NCBI GenBank assembly: GCA_951406725.2
Contig: OX597820.1
Location: 33,728,001 to 33,792,000 of the forward strand
Direction of reading: 5' to 3'
Origin: Octopus vulgaris
Lineage: Eukaryota
DNA length: 64,000 nt
The translations under genes and the position numbers were made by a program. The notes under the pieces were generated by a model, which was not told where the DNA came from, searched no databases, and worked only from the letters and a program-made list of their open reading frames with translations. Every line of letters begins with the position of its first letter. Position 1 is the first letter of the stretch. This document shows, piece after piece, positions 1-11,000 of the stretch.

Positions 1-548
1 GCATCTCCTAAATATAACATCATCATCATCATTTAACGTCCGCTTTCCATGCTATAGCTGGATAGATATTTTTAAGGACTAAACGACTAAAGGGTTTATT
101 AATTAAGTGACTTAACAATATTACATGGAATCTTGCATTTTAGGCATTTTGTCAGATGGAGTCTTGCATTTGAAGCAATTTGTCAGATATCATAGATTTT
201 AAACATAATTTTAGCGATAATGACTACAATTTGGTAATATGTTGGTATGGTTATATATAGAAGAGGATATGTGAGGATTCAGAGAAGGAATTTTAGGCGT
301 AATTTTAACGATTAACGACAACATGATGAGACGATATATACGGCATATATTTTATTTCATAAATTTTATCGCCACATGTGCAAGTAGCACTTGTGTATAA
401 ACAGTTAATGCAGAGTGACTTTCTACATGTCCCTCTCCACTATGGAGAGCACTTCATTCAGCTTTGAACCCAACAATGATACTTCATGCATTGAGTACAT
501 ATTAAATTTTATTAAACTTGAACAATATTTTTCAAACAATTAACAATA

Positions 549-710
549 GGCACAGGAGCAGCTGTGTGGTAAGTAGCTTGCTTACCAACCACATGGTTCC
601 GGGTTCAGTCCCACTGCATAGCAACTTGGGCAAGTGTCTTCTACTATAGCCTCAGGCCGACCGAAGCCTTGTGAGTAGATTTGGTAGATGGAAACTGAAT
701 GAAGCCCGTC

Positions 711-747
<37 letters not shown>

Positions 748-974
748 TGTGTGTATATGTTTGTGTGTGTGAGTCCCCCCAACATCGCTTGACAACCGAT
801 GCTGGTGTGTTTACGTCCCCGTAACTTAGCGGTTTGGCAAAAGAGATCAATAGAATAAGTACTAGACTTATAAAGAATAAGTCCTGGGGTCGATTTGCTC
901 GACTAAAGGCAGTACTCCAGCATGGCTGCAGTCAAAATGACTGAAACAAGTAAATGAGTAATGAATAAAGAGAG
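549..974 (+). mobile_element. tRNA-derived SINE (octopus OR-like family) with internal (TA)n
   Basis: tRNA-like head with A-box-like TGTGTGGTAAG and B-box-like GGTTCAGTCCC, internal (TA)n, GAGTAA-type tail. Near-identical copies at 31026-31407, 46510-46913, 55083-55360 and 22380-22678. Confidence 0.85.
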
Positions 975-1013
975 TTTTCATCAAAATAATGATATAATTT
1001 GTCTATTTGGAAG

Positions 1014-2690
1014 TTATTGCAAAGCTTCATGATAAACAACATTTTTGGTCTTCCCATTCGGGGTCAGTACAAACAGCTTATTTCCATTTCTAACCCTTGA
1101 ACAACCAGCATAGAGCTGGCCGTGAGAAAAGCAGAGTTCTATCAGATGAAGCCCTGTTACTGTTAATGATTGTCCTTGGGACTTATTGACTGACATTGCA
1201 TAGCCCACTCTCACTGGAAACTGAAGTCTTTTGAGCTCAAAACGAAGATCTGGAGAAATTAAGGGGATTCTTGGAATTAAATCTCTTTCCTCTTTTCTTA
1301 GACCAGTAAGGATCTCTACTTCCAAGAGATGACGAAGCATCTTCTTGACAATTAACCTTGTTCTGTTACAAAACTTTGGAGAATCCAGATTTCTTAATGA
1401 CATAACTGGTACATTTTCTTTTAGTTCCAGGTTGTGTGATGGCATTCCAGTAGGATTCAATGAGTTCAGGAACTCTGTTGATAATTCACTGCGTGCTCTT
1501 GTTCAGCCACAGTGTCAATGAAAATGTACTTCATGCTTTCTTTTGGAATTTCTTGGAGAGGTTTCCAGTTGATGCTATCCACAGTTTTATTCTTCATAGC
1601 TAATATGGCCGAATCCAAAAAATGATGTTTAATGTTTGGATAAACATGGTTAATCAAGTCTTGTCTACTTGAGATTGAAACTTGAGATTTGGGAGTGAAA
1701 TATCTCCATTTTGGTCCATCTTGATGGTTCCATTGCCAAGTTGCAACAACAAAGCAGCAAATCTTCATGTTTCAAGGTTACCCGTGATTCTAGCTTTCAT
1801 GTTTGTTTTCAGGCTGAGTGTTTGAACATTCTCCAGATGTAAGAATTATTCAGGCAAGCATTGGTTTCATCAACTGGAGTTCCTCTTGCAAAGACTTGTA
1901 ATGTTTGTCTAAGATCACCAGAGAATAGCATAGTGATACCTCCCATGATTTGTGAATTTTGTCTAATATCTTGGAGTATTTTGTCCAGAGTCTCAAATGC
2001 TCACTTCTTCCCAGACAATGAAGCTTGTCTCCTCCAGTAGCTTAGCCAAGTTGGTTCCTCTCTTGATATTGCAAATAGGGGTTCCATTGTAGTGCAAATC
2101 CAATGGAAGTTTGAAGGCACTGTGTGCTGTACGCCCTCCAGGCAAGAGAGTAGCAGCAATTCCAGATGATGCAACTGCTAGTGCTACTTTTCTTTGGAGT
2201 CTCACTGTAGATCAAAGAAGGTTAGTTATAAAATTTTTACCAGTAGTTCCAGGTGCATCCAAGAAGGCAATCCACCATTGTTGTTGTTGGTGTCATCAAG
2301 GACCTTCTGATACACTTGCTGTTGGTCTTGGTTCAACAGGAGCTCATTGTTTTAAACACACTGATGCAGTTCTTCCATGTTGTAGCCTATTTCTCTCAAA
2401 ATTTCTCTGTTGATTTGTCCAGTTACTCTGTTTTGCTTTAGCACACTAAAATTACCAAGATCTCTTTAAGCCAGGTTCATCACTTTGTCTTCAATTTCAC
2501 AGAGAACTAAATTTGCAGTCTGAGGATTCAATTCCAATCCTGGATGAGCAAGTCTCATTTAATGAAGAATATCTTCACTGAAAGCCTCCCAAAGAGTAAC
2601 TGGGTTGGAAAGTTTGCAGGTGGCAATCTTTACTGCAAACAGGTCCCTGACTTGTTTTGGAGAATTTGTTCCTCCAGAGTCATATTCCAA
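1014..2690 (-). mobile_element. Helitron Rep/Hel relic (PIF1-type helicase domain, frameshifted)
   Basis: Minus-strand ORF pieces carry PIF1 motifs: LDAPGTTGK-like Walker A, ASSGIAATLLPGGRTAHSAFKLP, RLQFPVRVGYAMSVNKSQGQSL, FSHGQLYAGCSRV, TKNVVYHEAL. Confidence 0.9.
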
Positions 2691-2955
2691 TAATGATCAT
2701 ATTCGTTGCAAAAAAATCACCTAAAAAAGTCGCCAAAATTAATCACTGGATTTCGCAATTAATTTTGATTATTCTCAAAATTTATTTCCAAGTTATAAAA
2801 ATTGTTATCGTACAAAAACATTCGTCACAAAAAAAGAATCATGTAAAAAATATTGCTAAAATCAATCGCAGTATTGAAAACTTGGGAATCAAACATTTCA
2901 GGATTGGGTCCAGATTCAGCCTGAAATGTTTTTAATTTACTCACAGAGTCGGCCT

Positions 2956-3202
2956 AATAGTAAGTTAGTAAGGCGGTGAGCTGGCAGAAACGTTAGCATG
3001 CCAGGCGAAATGCTTAGCGATATTTCGTCTGCCGTTACGTTCTGAGTTCAAATTCTGCCGAGATCGACTTTGCCTTTCATCCTTTAGGTGTCGATAAATT
3101 AAGTACCAGTTACGCACTGGGGTCGATGTAATCAACTTAATCCCTTTGTCTGTCCTTGTTTGTTCCCTCTATGTTTAGCCCCATGTGGGCAATAAAAACA
3201 TA
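2956..3202 (+). mobile_element. tRNA-derived SINE (second family) with 11-bp TSD
   Basis: Head AAGGCGGTGAGCTGGCAGAA...GAGTTCAAATTC and AATAAA near the end. Flanking direct repeat AGAGTCGGCCT at 2945-2955 and 3203-3213. Confidence 0.8.
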
Positions 3203-3417
3203 AGAGTCGGCCTGATTCCAAAATGGTATGATATGTTGGGCTATGGCCTCCAACAGTAAAGTTTAAAAAGTGTGACACACAGACATTCGCATTTATTATA
3301 ATAGAAGACACAACAATGACCTTCATAAGAATGTATTTTAAATGAAAGAATAAAAAGAAAATACATGTCTCATGAGAATTGGTTGGTAAGTGATACCTTG
3401 TGATCAACTGTGAAAAA

Positions 3418-4040
3418 AAGTGAATTCCAAAAGGTTTGAAATTTTCCAGGAGAGACATTTATTAATTTCAAAAAAGTACAAAGCTCTAAATCCCTCCAAA
3501 GTAGGATCCTCTGACTTCAATGCACATGTTGCAGCATTCCAGCCACTTCGTGAAAACCCCATGAAGATCTTCCGAAACGAAAGTGTCCAGAACCTTTGTC
3601 ACAACCTCCCTCATCTTCAAAACGACTGACCATGAGACTCTCCTTGAGCTTGGGGAACAATCAAAAGTCACAGGGAGCAGTTTTGATGCCCATCCCTATC
3701 AAGTACTTGGTTACCAGGGATGGAATTGTGGACTGGTACATTGTCCTGGTGCAAGTGTTACCAACCTGGATAGAAGAGCTCTGGCCTTTTGCAAAGAAAT
3801 CTCTTCCTGCACACCCTCAAAACCTCCACAAAATACACTTTGTTGACCATCTGACCAGAGGAAACCTGGTGGATGTCAATGATACCCTTATTGTTGAAAA
3901 AGGGGATCATTGTGCGCTTTTGGGTGGATTTAGTTTGCTTGGCTTTCTTGAGTCTGGGTGGTAGTGGGGGGTTGCCAGGATACTTCTATTAGGCAATCTG
4001 TCTCTTGGTTTCTGTATCATAACAGTAGACCCAGCATACT
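3418..4040 (-). mobile_element. Mariner transposase 3' relic
   Basis: C-terminal mariner-like peptide EVVTKVLDTFVSEDLHGVFTKWLECCNMCIEVRGSYF. Related copy at about 36295-36960. Confidence 0.75.
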
Positions 4041-4324
4041 CATGGACTGGATGTAATGGGCTCAACCATCTCCTTGCTGTTACCAACACGTCCTTCTTTT
4101 GCTCGTTCATGGATCAAGCAGTACAGTTTACTATCCAGTGTACAGGGTGGAATCCTCTTAAGAGTTGCTTTACTCGATCGGTAATGTAAACAACAACAAT
4201 CACAAGACATGACACATGAATGAGTGCATCCTTTTACAGTCATTTGAGCTGCTAGAAATAGCAGCCAAACCCTGTCAAGTCGCAATTTACACTGACAATA
4301 ACAACAAGGAGGAGGAGGAGGAGT

Positions 4325-4560
4325 TAATAATGTTTTCTTTATTGGCCGCAAGGGCCAAACACAAAGCAAAAAGGGGCAATACAACACAAGGGACAAGTGG
4401 GGTGTGGAACAATGTCGAGTATACAACAAATAACAATTAACAATAAAATTAAACAATGAAATTCCCTAAAAGGGGGGAGTCCTCACAGGGACAACAGAGA
4501 AGCCCCACACATCCTGCTTACCCTGACCGCCGGGTGCATCTCTCCTTCTCAACACCTCAA
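4325..4560 (-). mobile_element. 3' end of a non-LTR retroelement (tail related to the U2-inserted element)
   Basis: Minus strand ends CCCCACTTGTCCCTTGTGTTGTATTGCCCCT...GGCCCTTGCGGCCAATAAAGA, resembling the 3' end at 9425-9490. Confidence 0.45.
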
Positions 4561-4572
4561 GTTTACAAGCGA

Positions 4573-5070
4573 ATCATCATCATTATCATCATCATCGTTT
4601 AGTGTCCGTTTTATATGCTGGCATGGGTTGGACGGTTTGAATGGGGGCCGGCAAGCCAGTAGGCTGCACCAGGCTCCAATCTGATCTGGCAAGGTTTCTA
4701 CAGCTGGATGCCCTTCCTAACGCCGACCACTCCGAGGGAGTAGTGGGTGTTTTTTTACGTACCACCAGCATAGAAGCCAGTCTGGCGGCACTGGCATCGA
4801 CCACGTTCAAATGGTGTTTTTTATGTGCCATTAGCACAGGAGCCAGTCGGGGAGACTATCATCGGCCACGTTCGCAGAGTTTTCTACGTGTCACTGGCAC
4901 AGGGAGACAATCAGGCGGCACTGGCATCGACCCACGCTTGAATGATGCTTATTACGTGCCACCAACACAGGTGTCAGTCAGGTGGCTCTGGCATCGACCA
5001 CAATTACAATTTCGATTTTGGATTTTCATTCGATTTTTGATTGATTTTACTTGACTCAATAGGTCTTCTC
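4573..5070 (-). mobile_element. RTE LINE 3' UTR fragment with (GAT)n tail and ~65-bp internal tandem units
   Basis: Similar to the 3' UTR of the RTE at 62425-64000. (CAT)n on the plus strand is its tail. Other pieces at about 18-55, 37945-38188 and 40213-40410. Confidence 0.7.
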
Positions 5071-5544
5071 AGAGTAAACCAATTCATACGGACCATCCTC
5101 ACTACTCACCCTCCTTTCAAGAAAAATACCGGGTGAGGAGGTGCGTAGGATTTCCCCCTCTCTTACTCTCCTTTTCAAGCGAAACTTTAAAAAGTCGAAG
5201 AACGAATTAAATAATACACGTTATAAATTTTATCGCAACACGTTGACGTCCCTTGTATATAAGTTTATGCAGAGTAGCCTCCCCTGTCACCCCATTTTCA
5301 AATTTAACTTTATTCATGCCACATTAAATAAGGCAGTAACCGACTGGAAATTTTTAAAACAGAGATAAAAGCTATTATTAGGAATATATATATATTGGTA
5401 AAAACGGTAAGAAAACAAAAGAAAGAAAGAGACATCAATATTATGTAAATAGAGGAAATTTATCTGTAAAATATGTGACAATTATTCAATAGCCAAGATA
5501 AAACTCTGGATGCCGAGGTGGAAATCCACAACACCATCACTCTT

Positions 5545-5571
5545 TATATAATATATATATAAATATATATG

Positions 5572-5611
<40 letters not shown>

Positions 5612-5850
5612 CATACATATATACATACATACATATATATATGTATATATACATATATATATGTATATATATACATATATATACATACATACATATATAT
5701 ATGTATATATACATATATATATGTATATATATACATATATATATGTATATATATACATATATATATGTATATATATACATATATATATATGTATACATAT
5801 ACATATATATATGTATACATATACATATATATATATGTATATATATATAA
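5545..5850. repeat. (TA)/(TACA)/(TATG) compound microsatellite
   Basis: Seen directly. It is the source of the spurious YIYI ORFs here. Confidence 0.95.
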
Positions 5851-5949
5851 ATGGAGTTGAACGAAGATGTTAACAAAATTCCTTTACTCTCGACATATGT
5901 TTCGAAAACAACATGGTTTTATTCCAAAGAAATAAACGGTGTAAGATGC

Positions 5950-6635
5950 AATCTTTATAAATATATTACTAAATTATTTTTTTTAGTTATCTTAAATATC
6001 ATAAGTTGTATCGGAAACAGTTTCTTGCTTTTCTGAAACATTTTATAATTAAAAAATAAACTGTGTCCTTGTGATATGAAAAGCGAAGCGTCCTCTGTTT
6101 TTAGAAAATATGAAAATAGAATTTTACTTTGAGTCAACACTATACTAAAAGTAGCAGTCAAATCTGCATTGTTTTTTTAAAAAAGGGGGAAGGACACATT
6201 AAATAATATGATCCTAATGGAAACATTTTTGCTCGTAGATCTGCTTTCTCAGGACTGGATCCCAATTATTAAATATAAGAAACGGTGAAGATGTATATTT
6301 TGAGTGCCAAAAGAGTTGTCTCTGTGTTTATTGGTTTTTAGACAAACAGCTAGTAATTTCGCTTAGGCCTGTATCATTTAGAAAGTAAAAGAAACAGTAA
6401 CATGGTGTTAAAGGCATAACAGTTCAGTGCTTCACCCTGACTATTTTCTTTATGTGTTTCTTAATAATACATATTTTTTTAATGAAACCTTGTAACGACG
6501 CCTTTTCAAAGGTGAAGATGACAATTCTCAGCTTTCACATGAGGCAGCCCGTGTTCGATTCGCAGCATGGAAACTTATTTATAGGTACAGCATGATTAAA
6601 CAGTTAAGAAGCTCATTTTGCAAATCTGAGAAGAA
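5950..6635. repeat. Diverged third copy of the U2 far-upstream region
   Basis: Collinear direct similarity to about 11288-11980 and inverted similarity to about 42500-43200. No U2 body next to it. Confidence 0.8.
6520..6573 (+). pseudogene. tRNA-Glu(TTC)-like relic (3' two-thirds)
   Basis: ATTCTCAGCTTTCACATGAGGCAGCCCGTGTTCGATTCGCAGCATGGAAA resembles the anticodon arm, T arm and 3' acceptor strand of animal tRNA-Glu (CTTTCAC loop, GTTCGATTC). The D-arm is not recognisable. Confidence 0.55.
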
Positions 6636-7399
6636 TTTTGGATCGCCTTCTTGCTCATCCTCTCAGCGATTATTACAACCAATTTTCACTTTTGGACTTT
6701 TGGAAAACGCATTTCCGCAAAATACCATTTAAAATTATGCCGTTCAAAGACAGCTACGAAGAAAGAAAGTTGGTAGAGAGTGGGAATGAATGGTCAGAAT
6801 TTCATTCAAAAGCAATATTTTTTAAATCTCAGTTTAATCGTAATCAATTCTCTCAAAAATATATCTCTGAAAAATTGTATGAAAAAGAAACATACATTCC
6901 TCAGAAAGTTATCTAGAAACAAATTCTATTGAAACATTAAACCAAAAGAAAACATTGAGTAGACTCCTAACAATAATACCGAACTAGTCAACCATTGAAG
7001 GATGCATTCACAAAAGATCAGCTACTCCCAACTCAGTCATAGACCAACTTCCTGTCATAAAGTGATAACAAAGCTGATAGAAAATAAGTTAAAGTGGTAC
7101 TCCACCATGGCTGCAGTCCTATGACTGAAACCTCCCAATTACATGGTTCTGGGTTCAGTCCCGCTGCATAACACCTTCGGGTCAAGCAAAGCCATCTCAG
7201 TGAATTTGGTAGAGAGAAATGAAGCCCTAAGATATGATACTTTTGCTCGATATCTGAAATGTGAAAGATCTTGTACATTCAGTATTATAATAGAGTTGAG
7301 TTTGTGGGTTAATGGCAGCAATGGTATAGTTATGCACTGGGATAATAGGAGTGGTTGGTGCTGTGTGAGAGCTAGAAGTATTTGGCAGACACCCATAAA

Positions 7400-7780
7400 A
7401 TTATGAACCATCTTACAAACAATAACTCAGAGCACCTTTTCAAACTCCACCTGTCTAACACCCATAGACATGTTTACAAAGTCAGAAAGCAGCACAGCTC
7501 CCATGACTTTCAGAAACATTTTTTCACGCTAAGAGTTGCTGAAGTATGGAACAAACTGCCAGCATCAGTTGTTAGTTGTCGGAGCACTGCATCCTCCAAA
7601 ACTTCCTGAGATTCGCCAACACTACACTTGATTTTCTCCCCTCCATACACACGCAAGCATGTATCTGACTCATACACTGTTCACTTTCCAGACATTTGTA
7701 CATTACTGCATATGCTTTATACGCACTTTTGACAAGTTGTGGTGCACCTGAGCACTGTATACAATAATTTCATTATTATT
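7400..7780 (+). mobile_element. CR1/L2-clade LINE 3' fragment
   Basis: HVYKVRKQHSSHDFQKHFFTLRVAEVWNKLPASVV, then a 3' UTR ending GGTGCACCTGAGCACTGTATACAATAATTTCATTATT. Confidence 0.85.
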
Positions 7781-9233
7781 TTACTATTTTTTTTGCCCGA
7801 TTCATAATGACCAAAACAGAATTCTTTTGTTTTGGGAGGGGTTGTTGTCTGGAGTTGATAGGGTTGCACTGTTGAATATGGCATTAGTATATGATTTGCG
7901 GCTGTTGATTTTATAGTAGATATCTGGTTGACTTCTGAGTTTTGATGAAAGTCTGAACCAACACTGCCACTATAAGAGATGTCTTTCCTGTGGATCTGGT
8001 GGTGGTTTGAAGCCGTGATTTTACTAGTGCATCGAGTCCCTGGAGGATGAGTAAATGGGAATAGGAAAAAGTTTAGGATTCCGGGTTACATGTGCAGAAG
8101 TTATTAAGTGTGATTTAACATTTAATAGTGGTGTTGTTAAGCTGTGTGGTTTGACATTGGCTGGTATTGTTTGTATGAATTGTGCATCTTGTCCGAAGTA
8201 AATGGGTGAAGCTACAGTCACTGCACATGCATGGTCTCTCATGTTGAGAATAGCGGCATATTTGGGGTTCATAATTTTACTTTATTTAAAGTTAGCAAAT
8301 TTATCGTAGAGTGGACAGGTATAGATTCAGATTGAGGTGGATAGTGGTGGGGGTGTGGTTCTTCACTAATTGGAGTAGTAGCAGTAGAATAAGATGACAA
8401 TGGTGCTGATAGATCTCTTGTGTTATTCTGAGAAGAATTTGAATGGCCTGACAGTAGAGAAGAGCTAGAGATTGTGCTGTTTAATAATAGGTCATCAATT
8501 GTTCTAGTATTGAAGAATGACTGCCAATACTGATCTTATTGTTTAGTTGTGGTAAGGGTAATAGCAGTAGAACATAATGACAACGATGGATCACTTGTGG
8601 TATTTCAAGGAAATGAGAAAGTGGATAACTACACAGTGAAGGGCTCTTGATTGTGGAGTTTAATAGTTTATCAATTGTGGTAGTATTGAGGAGTGGCCGT
8701 GGTTGTTATATTATAATTCAATTTTTTTATGTTGAGGATGCTTTAGTTCAGTAATATATATTTGTAGGGATTTTCTTTTGAATTTATTTTTTCTAAGCCT
8801 GGGAAAGGTAAGTAGGGGGTTCAATACTGAAATTTGTACCCCACAAAATTTCAAGAGGTGCATCACTTGTTCCTGAGCCCTTGTGTGTGACACGTTTTGG
8901 CCATTATTTCTAGGAATTGAGTGACCATATTATAGTTGTTTTGTAATTTTGCATGTTAATCTATGCACCAAATCTCCATCTTAAATGTTTCTGAGCAGCA
9001 TAAGCTGGGTTAGAGAGTAGAGGCCAGTAGTAAACTGGCACTTTACAATAATGACCCCGAAAATATGAGAAGTAAAGTTCCCCCTCATTGATATTTGAAT
9101 GAAAACTCGTCATAGTCAGGTTATTTGACATGATAGTCACCAAACACAAAATTGTGAGTCTGTAAATAAACCCCTCAGAGAAGAGAGGTAATCAATTGTC
9201 TGTTTTTGGATTAATTTTATCTCCCTAGTGGGA

Positions 9234-9421
9234 GATGGGGTTGAATCCTGGAAGTACTGCTATACCAGGCCAACCCGTGGCAAAGGCGGAGCAAGCCCCT
9301 AACTCTTCGCCTCGTTCTAAAAATCAGTTTAATATCGATGGTCCCAAATAGGGACCATATCAGATATTAAGCTAAGAACATATACTACACTTTGATCTTA
9401 GCCAAAAGGCCGAGAAGCGAT
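9234..9421 (-). pseudogene. U2: U2 snRNA copy, damaged and cut off from its promoter by an insertion
   Basis: Reverse complement begins ATCGCTTCTCGGCCTTTTGGCTAAGATCAAAGTGTAGTA. Versus 43499-43688 it has a C>A just after the branch-site pairing region, a 3-nt deletion in stem IIa and 3'-end changes. Confidence 0.9.
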
Positions 9422-9424
9422 AAC

Positions 9425-11000
9425 GAAATCTTTATTATAGGCACGATGGCCCAAAAAATAGAGGGGACGATACAAAAACGGGACGTGGGGTACATAGAAT
9501 AAAATAAAATATGCATAATGAATTATATGGAATGTTTACAAGGCCCCCAAAACTCGTAAAATCATTTAAAATACAGTTCTGTTATACTGGGCGTTCATCT
9601 GTAATGTAATCTAATATTTCTTCCTGCTCTATTATTGCAGGCAAACCGTCATATCGAACATATTGCATTATACAAACAGTTGAAAAAACACTTTTCAATT
9701 TTAAAAATGTCTCTTTTTCTATTATCGCCGACTTTACTTTATCATCAAATATTTCTGGGTTTAGCCTAACTCTTATTAACCCTTTCTTACCTGCCAGTCT
9801 TTTTTCTATTTCTTTATCTTTCATGTATAAAATTACTACCTTGAGATTATTTCCTACTGGTCTTCTTCCTTCTTTACATGCTTTTAACTTCTCTGACACT
9901 TTCCTTTTCCATTTTTGGTCTATCGATGAATGTTCCGGTTCTATCTCTATCTCTTTTATTCTCTTATCTTCGTACATACTATCATCCTTTTCCTCTATAG
10001 TCTTATTTTTCGTTTTTTGAGCTGTAGTTGGTGATTCCACCCTCGCTCTTTTTCTATATTCTTTTCCATCTGTTTTTTTCTTTTTCTTTATCCAACTCTT
10101 CACCACTTTCTGTGTTTACACATTCTACCTTTTCCGTTTGCACTATATCTGTCTTGTTCAATGTTCTAGTCGGACATGCATCTTTCATGTGACCTCTTAT
10201 TTTGCACTTGTAGCACACTGGTGGTCTCCCCTCCACCATGACTCTCAGTAGAGTCTCATCGGGGAAAACTAACTCCTCTGGGATTTTATACAGATCAGGT
10301 ATGGTTATATGAATCAATACCTGCACTGCATAACCCCACCATTGTACATCTTTGGATTTTTTAACATTTAAAATTTCTACATTTTCTTTGCAGTTAAAAA
10401 CAACTGCTGCTAATATTCTTTCCATTTTTAGTTCTGGTGAAATTTTACTAATTCTTATTCTAACTGCTCTTTTCCCACGATAACTAGGTAATAATATCCA
10501 TTTTTCTGATTTTAATATTTGCATAGCGTTCTTCGCTTTTAAAATGGACGACAACTGTTGCATATTTTCTACCTCTGTTATAGAAGGTAGGTTCTCCTTC
10601 AAGTTTCTGCAGACAACATTCAATCTCCGCAATTTCTGCCAATTCTATTTTCTTTGAATGTACCTTCCATGTTCGGTATGTTATTATACGTTCAGCTTCT
10701 TTAGCTTCTTCTTCAGGTGGTGTAATCCTTACACAATCACCTTCTCTTTTTAAGCTGTCGAAGTAATTCTTTAAAATATCATTTTCTATTGTGACGTCTT
10801 CCAACTGTATTTCGTTTGTAGTTAATTCCTTGCTTGCCGCTCTTGCGTATGTTTGGGTTTGCATTTTGTGAAGAAGAAAAATTCCTCAACACCGCAAACA
10901 CTTCCAATAAATCATTCGAACTCTCACCACCGCCACTCAATATTAACGTAATCAATTCTCCGACACCAAAATAAGCAAAGCAAGGCCGGAAACACGTGCT
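9425..11000 (-). mobile_element. ORF1-only (HAL1-like) L1/Tx1-type non-LTR retroelement inserted at the U2 start
   Basis: Absent from the paralogous locus at 43483-43495. About 135-nt 5' UTR, a frameshifted ORF1 with a CX2CX4HX4C knuckle, a short 3' UTR with AATAAA, and no endonuclease or RT motifs. Confidence 0.75.
9582..10864 (-). pseudogene. Gag-like/ORF1 protein with CCHC zinc knuckle (two frameshifts)
   Basis: ORFs 10484-10864, 10054-10632 and 9582-10106 join into about 430 aa: N-terminal TYARAA motif, RVMVEGRPPVCYKCKIRGHMKDACP, then a basic/acidic linker, as in L1/Tx1 ORF1. Confidence 0.7.

Noticed and set aside
420-452. Hairpin as a possible Helitron 3' terminus
   Set aside because: On the minus strand the hairpin is followed by GTAG-A rather than CTRR-T, and it is separated from the helicase by a SINE. 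Insufficient support.
5482-5876. Long YIYI/CVCV/HTHT ORFs here and at 12.4, 14.3-14.7, 17.5-18.2 and 47 kb
   Set aside because: Translations of (TA)n/(TG)n microsatellites, not genes.
8024-9149. Short ORFs conserved between 8-9 kb and 43.8-44.9 kb
   Set aside because: Their identity simply reflects the recent inverted duplication; no recognisable domain.
9425-11000. Canonical Keno or Utopia element
   Set aside because: The insertion is at -3 rather than inside U2, and no RT or endonuclease is present. Relationship to Keno is untested.
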